Positions 12,401 to 25,899 of a stretch of DNA of 64,000 nucleotides are shown here, in pieces; the first letter of the stretch is position 1, and every line of letters begins with the position of its first letter. The position numbers and the translations under genes were made by a program. Source of the stretch: Eledone cirrhosa (Eukaryota); the NCBI GenBank assembly GCA_964016885.1, contig OZ024744.1:31310001-31374000 (forward strand), written 5' to 3'. The notes beneath the pieces were generated by a model that ran no database searches, was not told where the DNA came from, and was given only the letters and a program-made list of their open reading frames with translations.

Positions 12401-15400
12401 CTCTCATGGCCAACTGAGACGTTGGTAAACCCAGTACTAATTAATGTTCTCTGTCATAGCCAACTGAGACGTAGATAAACCCAGTACTAACTAATGTCCT
12501 ATGTCATGGCCAACTGAGTCGTTGGTAACCCAGTATCAACTAATGTCCTCTGTCATGACAACTGAGAGATTGGTAAACACAGTACTAACTAATGTCCTAT
12601 GTCATGGCCAACTGAGATGTTGGTAAACCCAGTACTAACTAATGTCCTCTGTCATGGCCAACTGAGACGTTGGTAAACCCAGTACTAACTAATGTCCTAT
12701 GTCATGGCGAACTGAGACGTTGGAAAACCCAGTACTAACTAATGTCCTCTGTCATGACAACTATGAGATTGGTAAACCCAGTAATAACTAATGTCCTATG
12801 TCATGACCAACTGAGACATTGGTAAACCCAGTACTAACTAATGTCCTATGTCATGGCCAACTGAGACGTTGGAAAACCCAGTACTAACTAATGTCCTCTG
12901 TCATGGCCAACTGAGACATTGGTAAACCCAGTACTAACTAATGTCCTATGTCATGACCAACTGAGACATTGGTAAACCCAGTACTAACTAATGTCCTATG
13001 TCATGGCCAACTGAGACGTTGGAAAACCCAGTACTAACTAATGTCCTCTGTCATGTCCAACTGAGACATTGGTAAACCCAGTACTAACTAATGTCCTACG
13101 TCATGACCAACTGAGACATTGGTAAACCCAGTATTAACTAATGTCCTATGTCATGGCCAACTGAGACGTTGGTAAATCCAGTACTAACTAATGTCCTCTC
13201 TCATGGCCAACTGAGACGTTGGTAAACCCAGTACTAACTAATGTTCTCTGTCATGGCCAACTGAGACGTAGGTAAACCCAGTACTAACTAATGTCCTCTG
13301 TCATGGCCAACTGAGACGTTAGTAAACCCAGTATTAGCTAATGTCCTATGTCATGGCCAACTGAGACGATGGTAAACCCAGTACTAAATAATGTCCTTTG
13401 TCATGGCGAACTGAGACATTGGTAAACCCAGTTCTAACTAATGTCCTATGTCATGGCCAACTGAGACATTGGTAAACCCAGTACTATCTAATGTCCTATG
13501 TCATGGCCAACTGAGACGTTGGGAAACCCAGTACTAACTAATGTCCTCTGTCATGGCCAACTGAGAGATTGGTAAACCCAGTACTAACTAATGTCCTATG
13601 TCATGACCAACTGAGACATTGGTAAACCTAGTACTAACTAATGTCCTATGTCATGGTCAACTGAGACGTTGGTAAACCCAATACTAACTAATGTCCTCTG
13701 TCATAGCCAACTGAGACGTAGGTAAAGCCAGTACTAACTAATGTCCTCTGTCATGGCCAACTGAAACGTTGGGAAACCCAGTACTAACTAATGTCCTCTG
13801 TCATGGCCAACTGAGATATTGCTAAACCCAGTATTATCTAATGTCCTATGTCATGACCAACTGAGACGTTGGTATACCCATTACTAACGAATGTCCTCTG
13901 TCATGGCCAACTGAGACATTGGTAAACCCAGTATAAACTAATGTCCTATGTCATGACCAACTGTGACGTTGGTAAAGACAGTACTAACTAATGTCCTATG
14001 TTATGGCCAACTGAGACGTTGGTAAACCCAGTACTAACTAATGTCCTATGTCATGACCAACTGAGACATTGGTAAACCCAGTACTAAGTAATGTCCTATG
14101 TCATGACCAACTGAGACGTTGGTAAACCCAGTACTAACTAACGTCCTATGTCATGGCCAACTGAGACGTTGGTAAACCCAGTACTAACTAATGTCCGCTG
14201 TCATGGCCAACTGAGACGTTGGTAAACACAGTACTAACTAATGTCCTATGTCATGGCCAACTGAGATGTTGGTAAACCCAGTACTAACTAATGTCCTCTG
14301 TCATGGCCAACTGAGACGTTGGTAAACCCAGTACTAACTAATGTCCTATGTCATGACCAACTGAGACGTTGGTAAACCCAGTACTAACTAATGTCCTCTG
14401 TCATGACAACTGAGAGATTGGTAAACCCAGTACTAACTAATGTCCTATGTCATGACCAACTGAGACATTGGTAAACCCAGTACTAACTAATGTCCTACGT
14501 CATGACCAACTGAGACATTGGTAAACCCAGTACTAACTAATGTCCTATGTCATGGCCAACTGAGACGTTGGTAAATCCAGTACTAACTAATATCCTCTCT
14601 CATGGCCAACTGAGACGTTGGTAAACACAGTACTAACTAATGTCCTATGTCATGGCAAACTGAGATGTTGGTAAACCCAGTACTAACTGATGTCCTCTGT
14701 CATGGCCAACTGAGACGTTGGTAAACCCAGTACTAACTAATGTCCGCTGTCATGGCCAACTGAGACGTTGGTAAACACAGTACTAACTAATGTCCTATGT
14801 CATGGCCAACTGAGATGTTGGTAAACCCAGTACTAACTAATGTCCTCTGTCATGGCCAACTGAGACGTTGGTAAACCCAGTACTATCTCATGTCCTATGT
14901 CATGACCAACTGAGACGTTGGTAAACCCAGTACTAACTAATGTCCTCTGTCATGACATCTGAGAGATTGGTAAACCCAGTACTAACTAATGTCCTATGTC
15001 ATGGACAACTGAGACGTTGGTAAATCCAGTACTAACTAATGTCCTTTCTCATGGCCAACTGAGACGTTGGTAAACCCAGTACTAACTAATGTTCTCTGTC
15101 ATGGCCAACTGAGACGTAGGTAAACCCAGTACTAACTAATGTCCTATGTCATGGCCAACTGAGTCGTTGGTAACCCAGTACCAACTAATGTCCTCTGTCA
15201 TGACAACTGAGAGATTGGTAAACACAGTACTAACTAATGTCCTATGTCATGGCCAACTGAGATGTTGGTAAACCCAGTACTAACTAATGTCCTCTGTCAT
15301 GGCCAACTGAGACGTTGGTAAACCCAGTACTAACTAATGTCCTATGTCATGGCCAACTGAGAGATTGGTAAACCCAGTACTAACTAATGTCCTATGTTAT

Positions 15401-15900
15401 GGCCAACTGAGACGTTGGTAAACCCAGTACTAACTAATGTCCTCTGTCATAGCCAACTGAGACGTAGGTAAACCCAGTACTAACTAATGTCCTATGTCAT
15501 GGCCAACTGAGACGTTGGTAAACCCAGTACTAACTAATGTCCTATGTCATGGCCAACTGAGTCGTTGGTAACCCAGTACCAACTAATGTCCTCTGTCATG
15601 GCCAACTGAGATATTGCTAAACCCAGTAATATCTAATGTCCTATGTCATGACCAACTGAGACGTTGGTATACCCAGTACAAACGAATGTCCTCTGTCATG
15701 GCCAACTGAGACATTGGTAAACCCAGTATAAAAAAATGTCCTATGTCATGACCAACTGAGACGTTGGTAAACCCAGTACTAACTAACGTTCAATGTCATG
15801 GCCAACTGAGACGTTGGTAACCCAGTACTAACTAATGTCCTCTGTCATGGCCAACTGAGACGTTGGTAAACCCAGTACTAACTAATGTCCTATGTCATGG
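5870..15900. repeat. Tandem duplication of a ~4.8/5.2-kb block with whole-monomer indels
   Basis: ACCCGGTACT at 6841 and 11581 and GTAGATAAAC at 7731 and 12471 (offset 4740). A-run variant GTATAAAAAAATG at ~10491 and ~15730 (offset 5239). The offset steps through 4790, 4740, 5189 and 5239. Confidence 0.88.
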
Positions 15901-18900
15901 CCAACTGAGACATTGGTAAACCCAGTACTATCTAATGTCCTATGTCATGGCCAACTGAGACGTTGGGAAACCCAGTACTAACTAATGTCCTCTGTCATGG
16001 CCAACTGAGAGATTGGTAAACCCAGTACTAACTAATGTCCTATGTCATGACCAACTGAGACATTGGTAAACCTAGTACTAACTAATGTCCTATGTCATGG
16101 TCAACTGAGACGTTGGTAAACCCAATACTAACTAATGTCCTCTGTCATAGCCAACTGAGACGTAGGTAAAGCCAGTACTAACTAATGTCCTCTGTCATGG
16201 CCAACTGAAACGTTGGGAAACCCAGTACTAACTAATGTCCTCTGTCATGGCCAACTGAGATATTGCTAAACCCAGTATTATCTAATGTCCTATGTCATGA
16301 CCAACTGAGACGTTGGTATACCCATTACTAACGAATGTCCTCTGTCATGGCCAACTGAGACATTGGTAAACCCAGTATAAACTAATGTCCTATGTCATGA
16401 CCAACTGAGACGTTGGTAAACCCAGTACTAACTAACGTCCTATGTCATGGCCAACTGAGACTTTGGTAAACCCAGTACTAACTAATGTCCTCTGTCCTGG
16501 CCAACTGTGACGTTGGTAAACACAGTACTAACTAATGTCCTATGTTATGGCCAACTGAGACGTTGGTAAACCCAGTACTAACTAATGTCCTATGTCATGA
16601 CCAACTGAGACATTGGTAAACCCAGTACTAAGTAATGTCCTATGTCATGACCAACTGAGACGTTGGTAAACCCAGTACTAACTAACGTCCTATGTCATGG
16701 CCAACTGAGACGTTGGTAAACCCAGTACTAACTAATGTCCGCTGTCATGGCCAACTGAGACGTTGGTAAACACAGTACTAACTAATGTCCTATGTCATGG
16801 CCAACTGAGATGTTGGTAAACCCAGTACTAACTAATGTCCTCTGTCATGGCCAACTGAGACGTTGGTAAACCCAGTACTAACTAATGTCCTATGTCATGA
16901 CCAACTGAGACGTTGGTAAACCCAGTACTAACTAATGTCCTCTGTCATGACAACTGAGAGATTGGTAAACCCAGTACTAACTAATGTCCTATGTCATGAC
17001 CAACTGAGACATTGGTAAACCCAGTACTAACTAATGTCCTACGTCATGACCAACTGAGACATTGGTAAACCCAGTACTAACTAATGTCCTATGTCATGGC
17101 CAACTGAGACGTTGGTAAATCCAGTACTAACTAATGTCCTCTCTCATGGCCAACTGAGACGTTGGTAAACACAGTACTAACTAATGTCCTATGTCATGGC
17201 AAACTGAGATGTTGGTAAACCCAGTACTAACTGATGTCCTCTGTCATGGCCAACTGAGACGTTGGTAAACCCAGTACTAACTAATGTCCGCTGTCATGGC
17301 CAACTGAGACGTTGGTAAACACAGTACTAACTAATGTCCTATGTCATGGCCAACTGAGATGTTGGTAAACCCAGTACTAACTAATGTCCTCTGACATGGC
17401 CAACTGAGACGTTGGTAAACCCAGTACTAACTCATGTCCTATGTCATGACCAACTGAGACGTTGGTAAACCCAGTACTAACTAATGTCCTCTGTCATGAC
17501 ATCTGAGAGATTGGTAAACCCAGTACTAACTAATGTCCTATGTCATGGACAACTGAGACGTTGGTAAATCCAGTACTAACTAATGTCCTCTCTCATGGCC
17601 AACTGAGACGTTGGTAAACCCAGTACTAACTAATGTTCTCTGTCATGGCCAACTGAGACGTAGGTAAACCCAGTACTAACTAATGTCCTATGTCATGGCC
17701 AACTGAGTCGTTGGTAACCCAGTACCAACTAATGTCCTCTGTCATGACAACTGAGAGATTGGTAAACACAGTACTAACTAATGTCCTATGTCATGGCCAA
17801 CTGAGATGTTGGTAAACCCAGTACTAACTAATGTCCTCTGTCATGGCCAACTGAGACGTTGGTAAACCCAGTACTAACTAATGTCCTATGTCATGGCCAA
17901 CTGAGAGATTGGTAAACCCAGTACTAACTAATGTCCTATGTTATGGCCAACTGAGACGTTGGTAAACCCAGTACTAACTAATGTCCTCTGTCATAGCCAA
18001 CTGAGACGTAGGTAAACCCAGTACTAACTAATGTCCTATGTCATGGCCAACTGAGTCGTTGGTAACCCAGTACCAACTAATGTCCTCTGTCATGGCCAAC
18101 TGAGATATTGCTAAACCCAGTATTATCTAATGTCCTATGTCATGACCAACTGAGACGTTGGTATACCCAGTACAAACGAATGTCCTCTGTCATGACCAAC
18201 TGAGACGTTGGTAAACCCAGTACTAACTAACGTTCAATGTCATGGCCAACTGAGACGTTGGTAACCCAGTACTAACTAATGTCCTCTGTCATGGCCAACT
18301 GAGACGTTGGTAAACCCAGTACTAACTAATGTCCTATGTCATGGCCAACTGAGACATTGGTAAACCCAGTACTATCTAATGTCCTATGTCATGGCCAACT
18401 GAGACGTTGGGAAACCCAGTACTAACTAATGTCCTCTGTCATGGCCAACTGAGAGATTGGTAAACCCAGTACTAACTAATGTCCTATGTCATGACCAACT
18501 GAGACATTGGTAAACCTAGTACTAACTAATGTCCTATGTCGTGGTCAACTGAGACGTTGGTAAACCCAATACTAACTAATGTCCTCTGTCATAGCCAACT
18601 GAGACGTAGGTAAAGCCAGTACTAACTAATGTCCTCTGTCATGGCCAACTGAAACGTTGGGAAACCCAGTACTAACTAATGTCCTCTGTCATGGCCAACT
18701 GAGATATTGCTAAACCCAGTATTATCTAATGTCCTATGTCATGACCAACTGAGACGTTGGTATACCCATTACTAACGAATGTCCTCTGTCATGGCCAACT
18801 GAGACATTGGTAAACCCAGTATAAACTAATGTCCTATGTCATGACCAACTGAGACGTTGGTAAACCCAGTACTAACTAACGTCCTATGTCATGGCCAACT

Positions 18901-20750
18901 GAGACTTTGGTAAACCCAGTACTAACTAATGTCCTCTGTCCTGGCCAACTGTGACGTTGGTAAACACAGTACTAACTAATGTCCTATGTTATGGCCAACT
19001 GAGACGTTGGTAAACCCAGTACTAACTAATGTCCTATGTCATGACCAACTGAGACATTGGTAAACCCAGTACTAAGTAATGTCCTATGTCATGACCAACT
19101 GAGACGTTGGTAAACCCAGTACTAACTAACGTCCTATGTCATGGCCAACTGAGACGTTGGTAAACCCAGTACTAACTAATGTCCGCTGTCATGGCCAACT
19201 GAGACGTTGGTAAACACAGTACTAACTAATGTCCTATGTCATGGCCAACTGAGATGTTGGTAAACCCAGTACTAACTAATGTCCTCTGTCATGGCCAACT
19301 GAGACGTTGGTAAACCCAGTACTAACTAATGTCCTATGTAATGACCAACTGAGACGTTGGTAAACCCAGTACTAACTAATGTCCTCTGTCATGACAACTG
19401 AGAGATTGGTAAACCCAGTACTAACTAATGTCCTATGTCATGACCAACTGAGACATTGGTAAACCCAGTACTAACTAATGTCCTACGTCATGACCAACTG
19501 AGACATTGGTAAACCCAGTACTAACTAATGTCCTATGTCATGGCCAACTGAGACGTTGGTAAATCCAGTACTAACTAATGTCCTCTCTCATGGCCAACTG
19601 AGACGTTGGTAAACACAGTACTAACTAATGTCCTATGTCATGGCAAACTGAGATGTTGGTAAACCCAGTACTAACTGATGTCCTCTGTCATGGCCAACTG
19701 AGACGTTGGTAAACCCAGTACTAACTAATGTCCGCTGTCATGGCCAACTGAGACGTTGGTAAACCCAGTACTAACTCATGTCCTATGTCATGACCAACTG
19801 AGACGTTGGTAAACCCAGTACTAACTAATGTCCTCTGTCATGACATCTGAGAGATTGGTAAACCCAGTACTAACTAATGTCCTATGTCATGGACAACTGA
19901 GACGTTGGTAAATCCAGTACTAACTAATGTCCTCTCTCATGGCCAACTGAGACGTTGGTAAACCCAGTACTAACTAATGTTCTCTGTCATGGCCAACTGA
20001 GACGTAGGTAAACCCAGTACTAACTAATGTCCTATGTCATGGCCAACTGAGTAGTTGGTAACCCAGTACCAACTAATGTCCTCTGTCATGACAACTGAGA
20101 GATTGGTAAACACAGTACTAACTAATGTCCTATGTCATGGCCAACTGAGATGTTGGTAAACCCAGTACTAACTAATGTCCTCTGTCATGGCCAACTGAGA
20201 CGTTGGTAAACCCAGTACTAACTAATGTCCTATGTCATGGCCAACTGAGAGATTGGTAAACCCAGTACTAACTAATGTCCTATGTTATGGCCAACTGAGA
20301 CGTTGGTAAACCCAGTACTAACTAATGTCCTCTGTCATAGCCAACTGAGACGTAGGTAAACCCAGTACTAACTAATGTCCTATGTCATGGCCAACTGAGT
20401 CGTTGGTAACCCAGTACCAACTAATGTCCTCTGTCATGGCCAACTGAGATATTGCTAAACCCAGTATTATCTAATGTCCTATGTCATGACCAACTGAGAC
20501 GTTGGTATACCCAGTACAAACGAATGTCCTCTGTCATGGCCAACTGAGACATTGGTAAACCCAGTATAAACAAATGTCCTATGTCATGACCAACTGAGAC
20601 GTTGGTAAACCCAGTACTAACTAACGTTCAATGTCATGGCCAACTGAGACGTTGGTAACCCAGTACTAACTAATGTCCTCTGTCATGGCCAACTGAGACG
20701 TTGGTAAACCCAGTACTAACTAATGTCCTATGTCATGGCCAACTGAGACG
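15900..20750. repeat. Tandem duplication of a ~2.44-kb block (about 49 monomers)
   Basis: TCTGTCCTGG at 16491 and 18935 (offset 2444); same order of ACTAAGTA, GGCAAA, ACTGATG, GACATCTG and CGTTCAATG variants. Confidence 0.87.
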
Positions 20751-23700
20751 TTGGTTAACCCAGAACTAACAAATGTCCTATGTCATGACCAACTGAGACG
20801 TTGGTAAACCCAGTACTAACTAATGTCCTCTCTCATGGCCAACTGAGAGATTGGTAAACCCAGTACTAACTAATGTCCTATGTCATGGACAACTGAGACG
20901 TTGGTAAATCCAGTACTAACCAATGTCCTCTCTCATGGCCAACTGAGACGTTGGTAAACCCAGTACTAACTAATGTTCTCTGTCATGGCCAACTGAGACG
21001 TAGGTAAACCCAGTACTAACTAATGTCCTATGTCATGGCCAACTGAGTCGTTGGTAACCCAGTACCAACTAATGTCCTCTGTCATGACAACTGAGAGATT
21101 GGTAAACACAGTACTAACTAATGTCCTATGTCATGGCCAACTGAGACATTGGTAAACTCAGTACTATCTAATGTCCTATGTCATGGCACACTGAGACGTT
21201 GGTAAACCCAGTACTAATTAATGTCCTCTCTCATGGCCAACTGAGACGTTGGTAAACCCAGTACTAACTAATGTCCTCTTTCATAGCCAACTGAGACGTA
21301 GGTAAACCCAGTACTAACTTATGTCCTCTGTCATGGCCAACTGAGACGTTGGTAAACCCAGTACTAACTAATGTCCTCTGTCATGGCCAACTGAGACATT
21401 CGTAAACCCAGTACTAACTAATGTCCTCTGTCATGGCCAACTGAGACGTTGGAAAACCCAGTACTAACTAATGTCCTCTGTCATGGCCAACTGAGACATT
21501 GGTAAACCCAGTACTAACTAATGTCCTATGTCATGACCAACTGAGACATTGGTAAACCCAGTACTAACTAATGTCCTATGTCATGGCCAACTGAGACGTT
21601 GGAAAACCCAGTACTAACTAATGTCCTCTGTCATGTCCAACTGAGACATTGGTAAACCCAGTACTAACTAATGTCCTACGTCATGACCAACTGAGACATT
21701 GGTAAACCCAGTATTAACTAATGTCCTATGTCATGGCCAACTGAGACGTTGGTAAATCCAGTACTAACTAATGTCCTCTCTCATGGCCAACTGAGACGTT
21801 GGTAAACCCAGTACTAACTAATGTTCTCTGTCATGGCCAACTGAGACGTAGGTAAACCCAGTACTAACTAATGTCCTCTGTCATGGCCAACTGAGACGTT
21901 AGTAAACCCAGTATTAGCTAATGTCCTATGTCATGGCCAACTGAGACGATGGTAAACCCAGTACTAAATAATGTCCTTTTTCATGGCGAACTGAGACATT
22001 GGTAAACCCAGTTCTAACTAATGTCCTATGTCATGGCCAACTGAGACATTGGTAAACCCAGTACTATCTAATGTCCAATGTCATGGCCAACTGAGACGTT
22101 GGGAAACCCAGTACTAACTAATGTCCTCTGTCATGGCCAACTGAGAGATTGGTAAACCCAGTACTAACTAATGTCCTATGTCATGACCAACTGAGACATT
22201 GGTAAACCTAGTACTAACTAATGTCCTATGTCATGGTCAACTGAGACGTTGGTAAACCCAATACTAACTAATGTCCTCTGTCATAGCCAACTGAGACGTA
22301 GGTAAAGCCAGTACTAACTAATGTCCTCTGTCATGGCCAACTGAAACGTTGGGAAACCCAGTACTAACTAATGTCCTCTGTCATGGCCAACTGAGATATT
22401 GCTAAACCCAGTATTATCTAATGTCCTATGTCGTGACCAACTGAGACGTTGGTATACCCATTACTAACGAATGTCCTCTGTCATGGCCAACTGAGACATT
22501 GGTAAACCCAGTATAAACTAATGTCCTATGTCATGACCAACTGAGACGTTGGTAAACCCAGTACTAACTAACGTCCTATGTCATGGCCAACTGAGACTTT
22601 GGTAAACCCAGTACTAACTAATGTCCTCTGTCATGGCCAACTGTGACGTTGGTAAACACAGTACTAACTAATGTCCTATGTTATGGCCAACTGAGACGTT
22701 GGTAAACCCAGTACTAACTAATGTCCTATGTCATGACCAACTGAGACATTGGTAAACCCAGTACTAAGTAATGTCCTATGTCATGACCAACTGAGACGTT
22801 GGTAAACCCAGTACTAACTAACGTCCTATGTCTTGGCCAACTGAGACGTTGGTAAACCCAGTACTAACTAGTGTCCGCTGTCATGGCCAACTGAGACGTT
22901 GGTAAACACAGTACTAACTAATGTCCTATGTCATGGCCAACTGAGATGTTGGTAAACCCAGTACTAACTAATGTCCTCTGTCATGGCCAACTGAGACGTT
23001 GGTAAACCCAGTACTAACTAATGTCCTATGTCATGACCAACTGAGACGTTGGTAAACCCAGTACTAACTAATGTCCTCTGTCATGACAACTGAGAGATTG
23101 GTAAACCCAGTACTAACTAATGTCCTATGTCATGACCAACTGAGACATTGGTAAACCCAGTACTAACTAATGTCCTACGTCATGACCAACTGAGACATTG
23201 GTAAACCCAGTACTAACTAATGTCCTATGTCATGGCCAACTGAGACGTTGGTAAATCCAGTACTAACTAATGTCCTCTCTCATGGCCAACTGAGACGTTG
23301 GTAAACACAGTACTAACTAATGTCCTATGTCATGGCAAACTGAGATGTTGGTAAACCCAGTACTAACTGATGTCCTCTGTCATGGCCAACTGAGACGTTG
23401 GTAAACCCAGTACTAACTAATGTCCGCTGTCATGGCCAACTGAGACGTTGGTAAACACAGTACTAACTAATGTCCTATGTCATGGCCAACTGAGATGTTG
23501 GTAAACCCAGTACTAACTAATGTCCTCTGTCATGGCCAACTGAGACGTTGGTAAACCCAGTACTAACTCATGTCCTATGTCATGACCAACTGAGACGTTG
23601 GTAAACCCAGTACTAACTAATGTCCTCTGTCATGACATCTGAGAGATTGGTAAACCCAGTACTAACTAATGTCCTATGTCATGGACAACTGAGACGTTGG

Positions 23701-25899
23701 TAAATCCAGTACTAACTAATGTCCTCTCTCATGGCCAACTGAGACGTTGGTAAACCCAGTACTAACTAATGTTCTCTGTCATGGCCAACTGAGACGTAGG
23801 TAAACCCAGTACTAACTAATGTCCTATGTCATGGCCAACTGAGTCGTTGGTAACCCAGTACCAACTAATGTCCTCTGTCATGACAACTGAGAGATTGGTA
23901 AACACAGTACTAACTAATGTCCTATGTCATGGCCAACTGAGATGTTGGTAAACCCAGTACTAACTAATGTCCTCTGTCATGGCCAACTGAGACGTTGGTA
24001 AACCCAGTACTAACTAATGTCCTATGTCATGGCCAACTGAGAGATTGGTAAACCCAGTACTAACTAATGTCCTATGTCATGACCAACTGAGACATTGGTA
24101 AACCCAGTACTAACTAATGTCCTATGTTATGGCCAACTGAGACGTTGGTAAACCCAGTACTAACTAATGTCCTCTGTCATAGCCAACTGAGACGTTGGTA
24201 AACCCAGAACTAACAAATCTCCTATGTCATGACCAACTGAGACGTTGGTAAACCCAGTACTAACTAATGTCCTCTGTCATGACAACTGAGAGATTGGTAA
24301 ACCCAGTACTATCTAATGTCCTATGTCATGGCACACTGAGACGTTGGTAAACCCAGTACTAATTAATGTCCTCTCTCATGGCCAACTGAGACGTTGGTAA
24401 ACCCAGTACTAACTAATGTCCTCTTTCATAGCCAACTGAGACGTAGGTAAACCCAGTACTAACTAATGTCCTCTGTCATGGCCAACTGAGACGTTGGTAA
24501 ACCCAGTACTAACTAATGTCCTCTGTCATGGCCAACTGAGACATTCGTAAACCCAGTACTAACTAATGTCCTCTGTTAATGCCAACTGAGAGATTGGTAA
24601 ACCCAGTACTAACTAATGTCCTATGTCATGACCAACTGAGACATTGGTAAACCCAGTACTAACTAATGTCGTATGTCATGGCCAACTGAGACATTGGTAA
24701 ACCCAGTACTAACTAATGTCCTATGTCATCGCCAACTGAGACGTTGGTAAACCCAGTACTAACTAATGTCCTATGTCATGACCAACTGAGACGTTGGTAA
24801 ACGCAGTACTATCTAATGTCCTCTGTCATGGCCAACTTAGACGTTGGTAAACCCAGTACTAACTAATGTCCTATGTCATGACCAACTGAGACGTTGGTAA
24901 ACGCAGTACTAACTAATGTCTTATGTCATGGCCAACTGAGACGTTGGTAAACGCAGTACTAACTAATGTCCTCTGTCATGGCCAACTTAGACGTAGGTAA
25001 ACCCAGTACTAACTAATGTCCTCTGTCATGGCCACCTGAGACGTTGGTAAACCCAGTACTAACTAATGTCCTCTGTCATTACCAACTAAGACGTAGGTAA
25101 ACCCAGTACTAACTAATGTCCTCTGTCATGGCCAACTGAGACGTAGGTAAACCCAGTACTAACTAATGTCCTATGTCATGGCCAACTGAGACGTTGGTAA
25201 ACCCAGTATTAACTAATGTCCTATGTCATGACCAACTGAGACATTGGTAAACCCAGTACTAACTAATGTCCTATGTCATGGCCAACTGAGACGTTGGTAA
25301 ACCCAGTACTAACTAATGTCTTATGTCATGGCCAACTGTGACATTGGTAAACCCAGTACTAACTAATGTCCTCTGTCATGGCCAACCGAGACGGTGGTAA
25401 ACCCACTACCAACTAATGTCCTCTGTCATGGCCAACGGAGACGTTGGTAAACCCAGTACTAACTAATGTCCTATGTCATGACCACCTCAGACATTGGTAA
25501 AGCCAGTACTAACTAATGTCTTATGTCATGACCAACTGAGACGTAGGTAAATCCAGTACTAACTAATGTCCTATGTCATGACCAACTGAGACATTGGTAA
25601 ACCCAGTACTAACTAATGTCCTATGTCATGACCAACTGAGACGTTGGTAAACCCAGTACTAACTAACGTCCTATGTCATGGCCAACTGAGACGTTGGTAA
25701 ACCCAGTACTAACTAATGTCCGCTGTCATGGCCAACTGAGACGTTGGTAAACACAGTACTAACTAATGTCCTATGTCATGGCCAACTGAGATGTTGGTAA
25801 ACCCAGTACTAACTAATGTCCTCTGTCATGGCCAACTGAGACGTTGGTAAACCCAGTACTAACTAATGTCCTATGTCATGACGAACTGAGACGTTGGAA

